NCBI GenBank assembly: GCA_017416185.1
Contig: JAFQDF010000037.1
Coordinates: 1 to 64,000, forward strand
Source: Clostridia bacterium
Lineage (GTDB): Bacteria; Bacillota; Clostridia; Oscillospirales; CAG-272
DNA: 64,000 nucleotides
Direction of reading: 5' to 3'
In this document: piece after piece, positions 47,230 through 56,809 of the stretch
How positions within the stretch are numbered: the first letter of the stretch is position 1
How the letters are laid out: every line of letters starts with the position of its first letter
The notes under the pieces: model-generated
What the model was told of the DNA's origin: nothing
Databases searched by the model: none
The model's input: only the letters and a program-made list of their open reading frames with translations
Translations under genes and position numbers: made by a program

Positions 47230-49692
47230 ATGCCATCTAAAAAGAAAACGACTAAAAAAGTATACAAAAAATCGACTTCAAAAACCGCAGCAAAGAAAAG
47301 CTCTGCCAAGAAATCCGAGCTTTCCTCTCTGCATTATATAATGCCCTGGGTACTGGGACTTGCCGCGGTATTTATGGCCATCTGTCTCTATTTTACCGAG
47401 TATTCGGGATTTATAGGTAAATGGCTCCACGGTCTCTGCCTCGGTCTCTTCGGAGGTGCGGGATATATGACCCCCTTCGTGCTTGCGGTCATAGCCTTCT
47501 TCTGGAAGACAGACGCAAAGAATTATTATATCGGGAAGCGTATAGCTTTTGCCGCAACCATTACTGTATCGGTTGCCGCTTTTATCCATTCATTCAGCAA
47601 GCTGACAGCCGTATTCAATATGGTAGACCTCTGGAAAGAAGGAGTTGAGCTTCACGGCGGCGGTGCAGTAGGCGGTTTCGTCGGAAGCTGTCTTAAGGCT
47701 GCTATCGGTAAACCGGGACTTATTATACTGACTCTGCTCTTAATGATAGTTTTCACCATATTCTTCATCGGCTTTACCCCTGCTATGATAGGCTCTTATC
47801 TTTCTAACTACTTTACCGTAAAAAAGAAGAAAAAAGACGAGTTCAAAAAGGAAAGGGCAAAGGAGCTCCACACGCACAAGCCCGAGGCCTATCTTCCCGA
47901 CGAAGATGATTATGATACACCCGAGCGAGCTCTTGACGTGGACGTACCTATCGACGATACCCCCAAGGTTGACCCCGAGATATTTGAACGTATCAAGAGT
48001 GAAATAAATCAGGCAAACGAATCTCGCGAGCCTAAGTTCAAAAAGGACGAAAAGCCCTATACCGGCGAGCAGGTAAACTTAGACGAGGTATATCTTGACG
48101 AGGACGAGCAGGAGCTTATCAAGAAGGCGGCTCAATCAGCCGAATTAGAGGTAGAGAGAAAGCCTGTTGAAGAACCAAAGACGGAAGAAGAAAAGCCTGT
48201 AAAGAAGGAAAAGCCAAAGTATATCTTCCCTCCCATCTCTCTGCTCACTCAGGCACAGAAGCCTCAGAACGAGGATATCACCGAGGAGCTTCGCACCAAT
48301 GCAAACAAGCTGGTAGAGACTCTTGCAAGCTTTAAGGTGCGTACCAAAATAATTGATATTTCCAGAGGTCCCGCTATCACCAGATACGAGCTTCAGCCCG
48401 AGGAGGGTGTAAGAGTCCGTCAGATAGCCAACCTCGTTGACGATATTGCCCTTAATCTTGCCACCAGCGGTATACGTATCGAAGCACCTATACCCGGTAA
48501 AGCCGCGGTAGGTATCGAGGTTCCCAACAAGACGAGAACCGTGGTAGGACTGCGGGAACAGCTTGAAGCACCTACCTTTAAGGAAGCCAAAAGCCGTCTT
48601 ACCGCTTCGCTCGGTGTTGACGTGGCTGGTGAGCCTATATATATGGATATAGCCAAAATGCCCCACCTCCTCGTTGCAGGTGCTACGGGTCAGGGTAAAT
48701 CGGTATGTATCAATTCCATCATCGTCAGTATGCTCTACAAGGCGACCCCCGACGAGGTCAAGTTCATCCTTATAGACCCAAAGAAGGTCGAGTTCGTTCC
48801 CTACAACAGACTTCCCCACCTTCTCGTTCCCGTGGTTACCGACCCCAAGAAGGCTGCCGGCTCGCTGCAGTGGGCTGTAGGTGAAATGGAAAGACGTTAT
48901 CAGCTTATGGAAACCCTTGGAGTTCGTGACATCTATAACTTCAATATGAAGACCAAGGATGATCCCACCTACGAATATATTCCTCAGGTAGTTATCATCA
49001 TTGACGAGTTGGCTGACCTTATGATGACAGCCCCCGATCAGGTAGAGGATTCTATCTGCCGTCTTGCTCAGAAGGCAAGAGCCGCAGGTATGCACCTCAT
49101 TCTCGGTACACAGCGTCCTTCGGTTGACGTTGTAACAGGCCTTATCAAGGCTAACATTCCTTCAAGAATCTCCTGTAAGACTACAAGTCAGGTGGACAGC
49201 CGTACCATACTTGATATGGCAGGTGCAGAAAAGCTTATCGGACGCGGTGATATGCTCTATGCTCCCGTAGGTGCTCCCAAGCCTATGCGTGTACAGGGTT
49301 CCTTCGTCCACGAGGATGACGTTGCCAAGGTAACCGACTTCATCCGCTCAAAGGTAGGCGAGAGCGAATACGACGAGTCTGTTATAGAAAAAATAGAACA
49401 GGAAGCCGCGAAATGCGGAGTCAAGAAGGGCTCCTCTATGTCCGCCGGTGATATTGATGATGACGAAGACGGCGACCCTATGCTCAAACAGGCAATCGAG
49501 CTTGCCGTAACGTCCGGTAAGATATCCACCTCCCTTATCCAGCGTAAGCTCTCTCTCGGATACGGCAGAGCCGCCAAGCTTATAGATACTATGGAAAAGA
49601 TGGGTATCGTAGGCGCTCCTGAAGGAAACAAACCCAGAGAAGTTCTTATGAGCGAGGCAGAATATCACGAAATGACAATGCGTCAGGAATAA
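47230..49692 (+). CDS. ftsK: DNA translocase FtsK
   Basis: N-terminal TM helices, a long linker, Walker A (GATGQGKSVCINSII), and a C-terminal gamma wHTH domain. Confidence 0.9.
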   Translation: MPSKKKTTKKVYKKSTSKTAAKKSSAKKSELSSLHYIMPWVLGLAAVFMAICLYFTEYSGFIGKWLHGLCLGLFGGAGYMTPFVLAVIAFFWKTDAKNYYIGKRIAFAATITVSVAAFIHSFSKLTAVFNMVDLWKEGVELHGGGAVGGFVGSCLKAAIGKPGLIILTLLLMIVFTIFFIGFTPAMIGSYLSNYFTVKKKKKDEFKKERAKELHTHKPEAYLPDEDDYDTPERALDVDVPIDDTPKVDPEIFERIKSEINQANESREPKFKKDEKPYTGEQVNLDEVYLDEDEQELIKKAAQSAELEVERKPVEEPKTEEEKPVKKEKPKYIFPPISLLTQAQKPQNEDITEELRTNANKLVETLASFKVRTKIIDISRGPAITRYELQPEEGVRVRQIANLVDDIALNLATSGIRIEAPIPGKAAVGIEVPNKTRTVVGLREQLEAPTFKEAKSRLTASLGVDVAGEPIYMDIAKMPHLLVAGATGQGKSVCINSIIVSMLYKATPDEVKFILIDPKKVEFVPYNRLPHLLVPVVTDPKKAAGSLQWAVGEMERRYQLMETLGVRDIYNFNMKTKDDPTYEYIPQVVIIIDELADLMMTAPDQVEDSICRLAQKARAAGMHLILGTQRPSVDVVTGLIKANIPSRISCKTTSQVDSRTILDMAGAEKLIGRGDMLYAPVGAPKPMRVQGSFVHEDDVAKVTDFIRSKVGESEYDESVIEKIEQEAAKCGVKKGSSMSAGDIDDDEDGDPMLKQAIELAVTSGKISTSLIQRKLSLGYGRAAKLIDTMEKMGIVGAPEGNKPREVLMSEAEYHEMTMRQE

Positions 49693-49696
49693 ATAT

Positions 49697-49780
49697 ATGA
49701 ATTGACAACTGCGTTGTCATGAATTGATGCGTTGCATCATGAATTGACACACCGTGTCATTAATTGTATCCTTCGGATAC
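49697..49780 (+). repeat. Array of four ~21-bp units, each ATGAATTG followed by a different short perfect hairpin
   Basis: Hairpin units TGACAAC-TGC-GTTGTCA, TGATGC-GTT-GCATCA, TGACAC-ACC-GTGTCA and GTATCC-TTC-GGATAC, each preceded by (C)ATGAATTG or TTAATTG. Confidence 0.7.
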
Positions 49781-49837
49781 ATTAAGGAAACTTTTTGCTT
49801 ATGGCAAAAAGCAATTCCATCAATATAGAGGTTTGTT

Positions 49838-50194
49838 ATGAAGGAAAATATATTGGTAATCTTGTCGAAACAGTTTTCTGTAGACATAATAAATGTATGT
49901 TCTCATATTGATACCTTTAAAAATGGAAACTTATTGGCAAATCAGCTTCTTCGCAGCGGTACAAGCATCGGTGCTAATATTCATGAGGGAAATTATGCAC
50001 AAAGTCGAGCCGACTTCATCTCAAAGTTTCAGGTCGCACTGAAAGAATGTTATGAAACCGAGTATTGGTTAGATATATTTCATACTGCCGGAATAATAAC
50101 CGAAGATGATTACAACAAGCTGTATAATCAATGCTGTAAAATACGAAGAACTCTGGCAGCTTCCCTAAACACCGCAAAAGCCAATTCAAATTAA
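49838..50194 (+). CDS. Four-helix-bundle protein of the 23S rRNA intervening-sequence-protein family type (TIGR02436/PF05635-like)
   Basis: 118 aa, alpha-helical, with the family-typical GTSIGANIHEGN ... KFQVALKECYETEYWLDI segments. Confidence 0.6.
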   Translation: MKENILVILSKQFSVDIINVCSHIDTFKNGNLLANQLLRSGTSIGANIHEGNYAQSRADFISKFQVALKECYETEYWLDIFHTAGIITEDDYNKLYNQCCKIRRTLAASLNTAKANSN

Positions 50195-50198
50195 ATTG

Positions 50199-50307
50199 AT
50201 TTTCGCCATAGCGAAAATCCACCTTAATGTGCTTTGGCACAATTCATGACGCTTGCCGTCAATTCATGGCATAGCCAATTCATGAAAGCCAACGGCTTTC
50301 AATTCAT
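50199..50307 (+). repeat. A 9-bp-stem hairpin (GATTTTCGC-CATA-GCGAAAATC), then an array of four hairpin units each followed by CAATTCATG. This is the inverted counterpart of the upstream array.
   Basis: Units GTGC-TTTG-GCAC, GACG-CTTGC-CGTC, GGC-ATA-GCC and AAAGCC-AAC-GGCTTT, each followed by (C)AATTCAT(G). Confidence 0.7.
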
Positions 50308-50335
50308 CATTTTCTACGAAGGAGAAAATATAGTT

Positions 50336-50872
50336 ATGTTTTACATCTTTCTTGCTGACGGATTTGAAGAGATAGAGGCTCTTTGTCCTTATGATCTTAT
50401 TCTCCGTGCAGGTATCCCCGTAAAAACAGTATCAATAAATGAAACTACTCTTGTAACCGGTACACACGGTATAAAGATGCACGCCGATATCACTCTTGCT
50501 GAAATGGAAGAGGATTTTGACGGTATTATGCTTCCCGGGGGTCTTCCGGGTGCCGATAACCTTAACGCCTGTGAAAAGGTTCAGGCTTGTTTGAAAAAAG
50601 CAAGCTCTGAGGGAAAGCTTATTTCTGCTATCTGTGCTGCCCCCTACGTCCTCGGACAGGCAGGACTTTTAGAAGGCAAAAAAGCCACTTGTTTCCCCGG
50701 CTTTGAGGACAGAATGACAGGTGCTGTTCATTGTACCGACAAGGTAGTAACGGATGCAAACATCATTACCGCCAAGGGTATGGGCGCGGCCTTTGAATTT
50801 GGTATAGAGATCATAAAATACTATAAAGGACAAGCTTTTGCCGAGGAGATCGCGGCAAAGACACAAAACTGA
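50336..50872 (+). CDS. DJ-1/PfpI/ThiJ family protein
   Basis: AICAAPYVLGQAGLL holds the nucleophile-elbow Cys. The start at MFYIFLADG has a GAAGGAG RBS; the ORF-track start reads through the repeat array. Confidence 0.8.
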   Translation: MFYIFLADGFEEIEALCPYDLILRAGIPVKTVSINETTLVTGTHGIKMHADITLAEMEEDFDGIMLPGGLPGADNLNACEKVQACLKKASSEGKLISAICAAPYVLGQAGLLEGKKATCFPGFEDRMTGAVHCTDKVVTDANIITAKGMGAAFEFGIEIIKYYKGQAFAEEIAAKTQN

Positions 50873-50874
50873 CT

Positions 50875-51468
50875 ATGAATCTGCTGCGTGAGCAAAAAAA
50901 CAGAATACGAGAAGAGTTCAAGGCTCTGCGCAGAGAGATGGACCCTAAGCTTAAGGAGCTCTGCGACCGCAAGATATGTCAACGGTTTATGTCTCTTGCA
51001 TCCTACCGATTTGCGGACACACTGCTCCTGTATGCCCCTTTGAAATACGAAATAGATATAATGCCCATAGCCGATGATGCCATCAAACGCGGAAAGACTG
51101 TCGCGTTCCCTCTCTGTGATCCTGTAAATCACACTATGGTTTATCATATCATAAGCGATCTTTCAGATTTGAAGGAAGGCAGTTACGGCATCAGGGAGCC
51201 CGACAGCTCCAAGCCCGTATATGACCCGAAGTCGCACAAAAATGGTAATTCGGTATGCTTCGTTCCCGGTTTGGTTTTTGACCGCAACGGCTACCGTATC
51301 GGCTACGGTAAGGGCTTCTACGACAGGTATCTTTCCTTATTCAGCGGTTCTAAGATGGGGGTCGAATACAGCTCTTGTGTTGTAGATACCCTTCCAAGAG
51401 GCAGATTTGATACCGCTGTTGACTTTTTAGTGACCGAAAAAGGAGTTATCACCATAAATGCGAATTAA
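50875..51468 (+). CDS. 5-formyltetrahydrofolate cyclo-ligase family protein
   Basis: ...FVPGLVFDRNGYRIGYGKGFYDRYL is the family signature. Confidence 0.8.
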   Translation: MNLLREQKNRIREEFKALRREMDPKLKELCDRKICQRFMSLASYRFADTLLLYAPLKYEIDIMPIADDAIKRGKTVAFPLCDPVNHTMVYHIISDLSDLKEGSYGIREPDSSKPVYDPKSHKNGNSVCFVPGLVFDRNGYRIGYGKGFYDRYLSLFSGSKMGVEYSSCVVDTLPRGRFDTAVDFLVTEKGVITINAN

Positions 51469-52393
51469 ACTGAAACCTTCAATCACCGCACCGTTGCTTG
51501 TCTTCGTGATGTACCTGCTTATGGCAGCCTCTACCCTGGCAGACGTTGAACGGTTGGGACGACGGGAAAACGTTTTTTTGGCAGTAATTATACTGCAAAT
51601 CATCCTGTTCATTATCCCGGGTATAATATATTGCAGATTCAAGGGAAACGGATTTATTTCCAAGGTTCGTTTTAACAGATTTTCCCCTGATAAGATCTGG
51701 CTGTCCGTATGCTCTTTCTTTGTACTTGCATCAGGTTCGGCACTTGTCAAGCTTGGGCTTTATGCAATAGGATACTACAGTCAGCAGTATACCTTATATG
51801 AAAATTATCTTCCGAATGATGCATCATCTGTGGCCAATCTGGTATATATTCTTATAGCAATTGCCATAATCCCGGCTATAACTGAGGAATTTATATTCAG
51901 AGGGATCATTCTCGGAGAGTACACAGAAATGGGAACAAAGCCTAAAACCGCAGTTATACTGTCATCGGTGATGTTTGCTATGCTTCATTTCAACCTGTAT
52001 CAGTTCCCTGTTTATTTCTTCGGGGGAATAGTTCTGGGCTATGTAGCATTCATTTCCGACTCTGTTTTCTGTGCTATGATAGTTCATCTTCTGAATAATA
52101 TATTCAGTCTGCTGTTTGAACCGCAGCTTTTGAGACTTATCTCTCAGACAGACAGCCCTGTATTTGTACTGTTTATTCTGGTAATAATATTCTTTATCTT
52201 CCTCATTCTGTTTCTACAATGTGTAGAAAACATTTATTATACTAAGGGAATCAGAGGTGAACACTCTGCCCCCCAAAAAAGAAAAAAACGCAAAAAAGCA
52301 AATCGATTCACACCGGATACAGAAGCTCTTCTCTCACCTGTATTATTGATGTGTATCATCACTTACATAATAATAACCTTAACCCTTAAATAA
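51458..52393 (+). CDS. CPBP-family intramembrane metalloprotease (CAAX protease/Abi domain)
   Basis: EEFIFRG ... FAMLHF motifs; multi-TM. Confidence 0.75.
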   Translation: MRIKLKPSITAPLLVFVMYLLMAASTLADVERLGRRENVFLAVIILQIILFIIPGIIYCRFKGNGFISKVRFNRFSPDKIWLSVCSFFVLASGSALVKLGLYAIGYYSQQYTLYENYLPNDASSVANLVYILIAIAIIPAITEEFIFRGIILGEYTEMGTKPKTAVILSSVMFAMLHFNLYQFPVYFFGGIVLGYVAFISDSVFCAMIVHLLNNIFSLLFEPQLLRLISQTDSPVFVLFILVIIFFIFLILFLQCVENIYYTKGIRGEHSAPQKRKKRKKANRFTPDTEALLSPVLLMCIITYIIITLTLK

Positions 52394-52403
52394 GGAGAAA
52401 AAT

Positions 52404-53963
52404 ATGGACAACAATAACAACAAGCGCTCTCCCCTGGATGAAATCAAACGTATAACTCAGGAAGCATCCGGTGATAAGCCGTCACAAAGAACCTTCCCGC
52501 ACACAAGCGAACAACAGGCCAAGGCAACCCAACAGCCCGTACACACGGCAAAATCCTCAGAAAATGATTTTGATTTTGACATTCCGGGCTTTAAACGTAA
52601 TAATCCTAACGATGGACTATCGCGTGCTGATAAGGTACGTATAGCAAGACAGAGCGCTATGCGCACAAGAGAAGAAAATCAGCCTACAAAGGTGATCGAC
52701 GTATCGGAAATGACACCCGAGCAGCGTTCAGAGCTGGATAGACAAAAAGAAGAAGCTCACCGTCTTGTGCAGGAGAATGCTAAAAAGAACAAGCACAGAT
52801 ATGCAACAAGAGAAACGAAGATAGTCTCTCCTCAGCCCGAGCCTAAAAAGAATAAAAAGATGTCTACTGAATCCGAACGTGGCAGAAAATTCGAGGAAGC
52901 CGTAGGTAGAGGAGTTCTCTCAAATACGGTTAAGGCTGTTATATATATCGTATCAGTACTCGTAGTATCAGGCTGTATTGCTCTGTTCGCCATACTTGTC
53001 GGAAATGACTGTTTTGCATTTGTCAAGAGTGAAACAGAGGTTACTATTACGATACAGGACGGAGCTACCCTTTCTGATATCGCAAAAGAGCTTAAGAAGA
53101 ATGACATCATTAAATTCCCAAATATGTTCAAACTCTATATAACCCTGCGCAACAAGGACAGTAACAACTATGTTGCGGGTAAGCACACCGTAAACGGAAC
53201 AATGGGATATGACACTCTTATTGCTCAATTTAAGCCCACCCTCGGACGTGAGGAAATAACCATAACCATCGTAGAGGGTTCAACAACACAGGAGATCATT
53301 GACCTCTTTGTTGCCAATGGAATAGGTACTCAGGAGGGATTTGAGGAAACCATAAAGAATTACGAATTTGATTTCTGGTTTCTTGATGAGCTTGACAGTA
53401 TAGATACGTCAAACCGTATCTACCGCCTGGACGGTTATCTTTTCCCTGATACCTATAATTTCTTCACAAATGCCACAGAGGCAGACGCTCTATATAAATT
53501 GCTTGCAAATTTTGAAGCAAAGTTTGATACAGAAAACAAAGAAAGAATAAAAGAGCTTGGCATGACTGTAGATGATATAGTCATTATGGCATCCATTATT
53601 CAGAAGGAAGCGATGTACGTGTCCGACTACCCCCTTGTATCCTCTGTATTCCATAACCGAATAGAAAAGGGTATGAAGCTGGAAAGCAACGCTACCGTTC
53701 AGTACACAATGCCCCGTGAAGAGGTCGAGCTTAAACTGACCTACGAGCAGATCAACACCTATAACAACGCCTACAACACTTATCTCTACGAAGGACTTCC
53801 TACAGGTCCTATCTGTAACGCTTCTCTGAATGCTATCAACTGGGCAATGTTTCCCAATGATACAGATTATATGTACTTCGTTTCCGATTCTGAAGGATAC
53901 AACCATTATGCCGTTACCTTTGCAGAGCATGATAAGAACGTAAAGACATACCAGGGTGAATAG
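52404..53963 (+). CDS. mltG: Endolytic murein transglycosylase MltG (YceG-like), with a ~150-aa disordered N-terminal region and a TM anchor
   Basis: YceG-like C-terminus (SVFHNRIEKGMKLESNATVQYTM ... LPTGPICNASL). Confidence 0.75.
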   Translation: MDNNNNKRSPLDEIKRITQEASGDKPSQRTFPHTSEQQAKATQQPVHTAKSSENDFDFDIPGFKRNNPNDGLSRADKVRIARQSAMRTREENQPTKVIDVSEMTPEQRSELDRQKEEAHRLVQENAKKNKHRYATRETKIVSPQPEPKKNKKMSTESERGRKFEEAVGRGVLSNTVKAVIYIVSVLVVSGCIALFAILVGNDCFAFVKSETEVTITIQDGATLSDIAKELKKNDIIKFPNMFKLYITLRNKDSNNYVAGKHTVNGTMGYDTLIAQFKPTLGREEITITIVEGSTTQEIIDLFVANGIGTQEGFEETIKNYEFDFWFLDELDSIDTSNRIYRLDGYLFPDTYNFFTNATEADALYKLLANFEAKFDTENKERIKELGMTVDDIVIMASIIQKEAMYVSDYPLVSSVFHNRIEKGMKLESNATVQYTMPREEVELKLTYEQINTYNNAYNTYLYEGLPTGPICNASLNAINWAMFPNDTDYMYFVSDSEGYNHYAVTFAEHDKNVKTYQGE

Positions 53964-53982
53964 GCAGAGAGTCCGCACCAAA

Positions 53983-54020
53983 ATTGTGATCGTTTGTACA
54001 GTCATACAAATCACACGCCC
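53983..54020. repeat. Copy B of the ACAAATCACACG hairpin motif (GTGATCG-TTTGTA-CAGTCA-TACAAA-TCACACGCCC)
   Basis: Shared core with 10489-10524 and 27440-27475. Confidence 0.5.
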
Positions 54021-54040
54021 GACGCAGTCTCCTATACAAT

Positions 54041-54069
54041 AAAAAAGCACTCGTTACGAGTGCTTTTTT
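54041..54069. terminator. Bidirectional terminator (AAAAAAGCACTCG-TTA-CGAGTGCTTTTTT)
   Basis: 10-bp stem with flanking A- and T-runs. Confidence 0.8.
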
Positions 54070-54658
54070 ATTTTCTGTATTCTGCTTTTACCTCTTCTAT
54101 CCATGCCCCTTCTTCATTATAGTATAAGGTAATATACTGCGTACGGCTCATATCTGAGCCTATATCACGGCGAAAGCTGCCGTCGTTTTTCATAATATTA
54201 TAATCGACTGAATATGTAATAGAGAAGGTATCGTCATCAATGCGCTCATCATATAGATAAACGACTTCCTTCTGATAAACACGCTGCGGTGTAAAGGACA
54301 CATAATTTCCCAGCTCTTTCTTATACATATCGTTCAAGGTTGCAGCATCCCCCTGCTCTATTGCAAGAAAATAAAGCCGAAAGAATATAGCCCCTATTTC
54401 CGTACAGCTTGTATCCTGATCTATATACCATTGCTGACCTGTGCTATCCGTATAATGTAAGGTTCTATCCTTAGAAAGATACTTCGGATCATTTAAATAA
54501 TCTTCTTCCTCCGTCGGAACATAAAATTCGTAATCAAGCTTGATTTCATTATTGCTTTTTATTATTCGTGCAAGAACAAAATATGTTATAAGCAAAAGCG
54601 CCAAAGCCATTGCTATTATAACAAAGAGTTTAATAATTTTTCTTTTTTTGGCAGACAT
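54068..54658 (-). CDS. Hypothetical membrane-anchored protein
   Basis: The start at MSAKKRK has an AAAGGA RBS; the ORF-track start is TTG. N-terminal TM helix. No motif recognised. Confidence 0.5.
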   Translation of the reverse strand: MSAKKRKIIKLFVIIAMALALLLITYFVLARIIKSNNEIKLDYEFYVPTEEEDYLNDPKYLSKDRTLHYTDSTGQQWYIDQDTSCTEIGAIFFRLYFLAIEQGDAATLNDMYKKELGNYVSFTPQRVYQKEVVYLYDERIDDDTFSITYSVDYNIMKNDGSFRRDIGSDMSRTQYITLYYNEEGAWIEEVKAEYRK

Positions 54659-54795
54659 TACAAATAATCCTTTCAAGGTTTTGATATATTATATCATACA
54701 AACAGTATTTTGTAAACTCAACATTAAACTATTGACAAGATACGGATATTTAATTATAATTATTCTGTAGATATTACAGATAAGGAGGCAAATAC

Positions 54796-56502
54796 ATGCC
54801 TAAGCCAATAAAGCGCATTGTAGACCCAAAGATAATAACAGACCTTCGTGACCTTGTTATAAGCAATGCCGAAAAATTTGGAGACACACCTCTCTATCAC
54901 TATAAAGAGAATAAGGAAGTCAAGACCTTTTCTCATAAGGATCAGTTAGAGCAGATGAATGCCCTGGGTACTGCCTTTGCAAAAATGGGTCTTATGGGCA
55001 AGCACATTGCCGTCATCGGTGAAACCCACCCTAACTATATGACCACCTACTTCGCTACAGTTAACGGCGGAGGTGTTATCGTTCCTCTCGACCGCGAGCT
55101 TGAGCTTGAGCAGATCGCCAATTTCTGTAACGTTGCAAACGTTGAGGCGATCGTTTATACAAAGGGAATGAACGGAAAGCTTATTCCTCTGGCTGAAAAG
55201 ATGCCCGGAGTAAAGTATTTTATTCCTATTCACGGTGAGCTCGAAACAGCCGAAAGCGAAAAACTCATAAAATTCAGTGAAGTGTTAAAGATAGGTAACG
55301 AAGAGTTGGCAGCAGGAAACAGAGCCTTTCTTGATCACGAAATAGATATGGATAAGATGTGTGCAATCATTTTCACCTCCGGCACTACCGGCACCAGTAA
55401 AGGTGTAATGCTCACACAAAAGAACCTAACCACAGCAACTAATTCTGCCTGCCAGACAATGCAGGTCGACCACCGTAACACTATGGTTTCTGTTCTCCCC
55501 ATCCATCACACCTACGAATGCACTTGCGAGCATTTAGCTTTGCCCAACTGCGGCTCACAGATGTTTATAAACGACGGACTGAAAAACACAATGAAGTCTA
55601 TCAGCTATTTCAAGCCTAACACTTTGGTACTGGTCCCTCTCTACGTTGAAACTATGTACAAGAGACTTTGGGCAGAGATAGAAAAGAAGGGTATGACCAA
55701 GAAAGTAAAGCTTGCAATGAAGCTGGCAAACACAATGCTCAAGGTTGGTATTGATCTTCGCGACAAGCTCTTTGCACAAATTAGAGCAGGATTTGGCGGA
55801 AATCTTCGTTCCATCATTTGTGGCGGTGCTCCTCTGGCCCCCAAGCTTGTTCAGGATTTTGAGACCTTTGGTATCACCATCATTGAGGGTTACGGTATAA
55901 CCGAGTGTTCTCCTCTTGTTGCGGTAAATGACCCTAATAATGTTGTTCTCCACTCTGTCGGCTTCCCTGTTTTTGGTTGTGAGGTCAAGATAGATAAGGA
56001 AAGACCCGAGGATGAAACAGGTGAGATCCTTGCCCGCGGCGACAATGTAATGCTTGGTTATTACAACAACCCAGAAGCTACCGCTGAAGTATTCACTGAA
56101 GACGGTTTCTTCCGTACGGGTGATATCGGCTTTATCGATGAAAAGGGTGCCGTACACATAACAGGAAGAAAGAAAAACGTTATTATTCTTTCTAACGGTA
56201 AGAATGTATTTCCTGAAGAGGTCGAAGAGCATATGGCAGACTGTGACACCATTTCAGAAATCGTTGTTATAGGCCGTGAAAATGCAAACAAGGAGATAGT
56301 TGTCACCGCTATCGTATACCCCAATTATGACGTTGTGGGTGAAAATACACCCGAGGATAAGATTCTTGAAGCAGTCAAGGCTCAAATCTTTGAGGTTAAC
56401 CGTAAGCTCCCCTCCTTCAAGCAGATAAGAGAGGTAGAACTCAGAGCTACTGAGTTTGAGAAAAACACATCTAAAAAAATCAAAAGATTTTTAATCAAAT
56501 AA
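54796..56502 (+). CDS. AMP-dependent synthetase/ligase (long-chain fatty acid--CoA or acyl-ACP ligase)
   Basis: IFTSGTTGTSKGVMLTQKNL (AMP-binding motif I), a TGD motif, and a C-terminal K. Confidence 0.8.
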   Translation: MPKPIKRIVDPKIITDLRDLVISNAEKFGDTPLYHYKENKEVKTFSHKDQLEQMNALGTAFAKMGLMGKHIAVIGETHPNYMTTYFATVNGGGVIVPLDRELELEQIANFCNVANVEAIVYTKGMNGKLIPLAEKMPGVKYFIPIHGELETAESEKLIKFSEVLKIGNEELAAGNRAFLDHEIDMDKMCAIIFTSGTTGTSKGVMLTQKNLTTATNSACQTMQVDHRNTMVSVLPIHHTYECTCEHLALPNCGSQMFINDGLKNTMKSISYFKPNTLVLVPLYVETMYKRLWAEIEKKGMTKKVKLAMKLANTMLKVGIDLRDKLFAQIRAGFGGNLRSIICGGAPLAPKLVQDFETFGITIIEGYGITECSPLVAVNDPNNVVLHSVGFPVFGCEVKIDKERPEDETGEILARGDNVMLGYYNNPEATAEVFTEDGFFRTGDIGFIDEKGAVHITGRKKNVIILSNGKNVFPEEVEEHMADCDTISEIVVIGRENANKEIVVTAIVYPNYDVVGENTPEDKILEAVKAQIFEVNRKLPSFKQIREVELRATEFEKNTSKKIKRFLIK

Positions 56503-56527
56503 GACATTTACAAAGGAGTAATTTATT

Positions 56528-56755
56528 ATGTTTGAGAAAATCAAAGAAATTCTTGTTGAAGAGATGCAGGTTGACCCTGAAAACGTTACTATGGAGGCTG
56601 AACTTGTAAACGATCTGGGCGTAAACTCCCTTGAGCTGGCTGACCTTATTCTTCTCTGCGAAGAGAAATTTGATATTGAAATCAATGACGAAGATATCCA
56701 CAAGTTCATCACTGTAGCTGATGTTGTGGTATACCTTGAGAACCTTAGCAAGTAA
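56528..56755 (+). CDS. acpP: Acyl carrier protein
   Basis: 75 aa, with DLGVNSLELADL at the phosphopantetheine-serine position. Confidence 0.8.
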   Translation: MFEKIKEILVEEMQVDPENVTMEAELVNDLGVNSLELADLILLCEEKFDIEINDEDIHKFITVADVVVYLENLSK

Positions 56756-56809
56756 AAATTATTATATTATAGCAGGTCAAGAGACCTGCTATAATATTAA
56801 GGAGCAGAA

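Noticed and set aside
49697-50307. A possible CRISPR array, given the short repeats with hairpins
   Set aside because: Only four units on each side and no constant-repeat/variable-spacer periodicity. The units differ in sequence while sharing only ATGAATTG, and they flank a gene in inverted orientation. No cas genes are present.
50234-50335. N-terminal extension of the DJ-1 family gene (ORF-track start 50234)
   Set aside because: It reads through the hairpin repeat array with no RBS. The ATG at 50336 has a GAAGGAG RBS and a typical family N-terminus.
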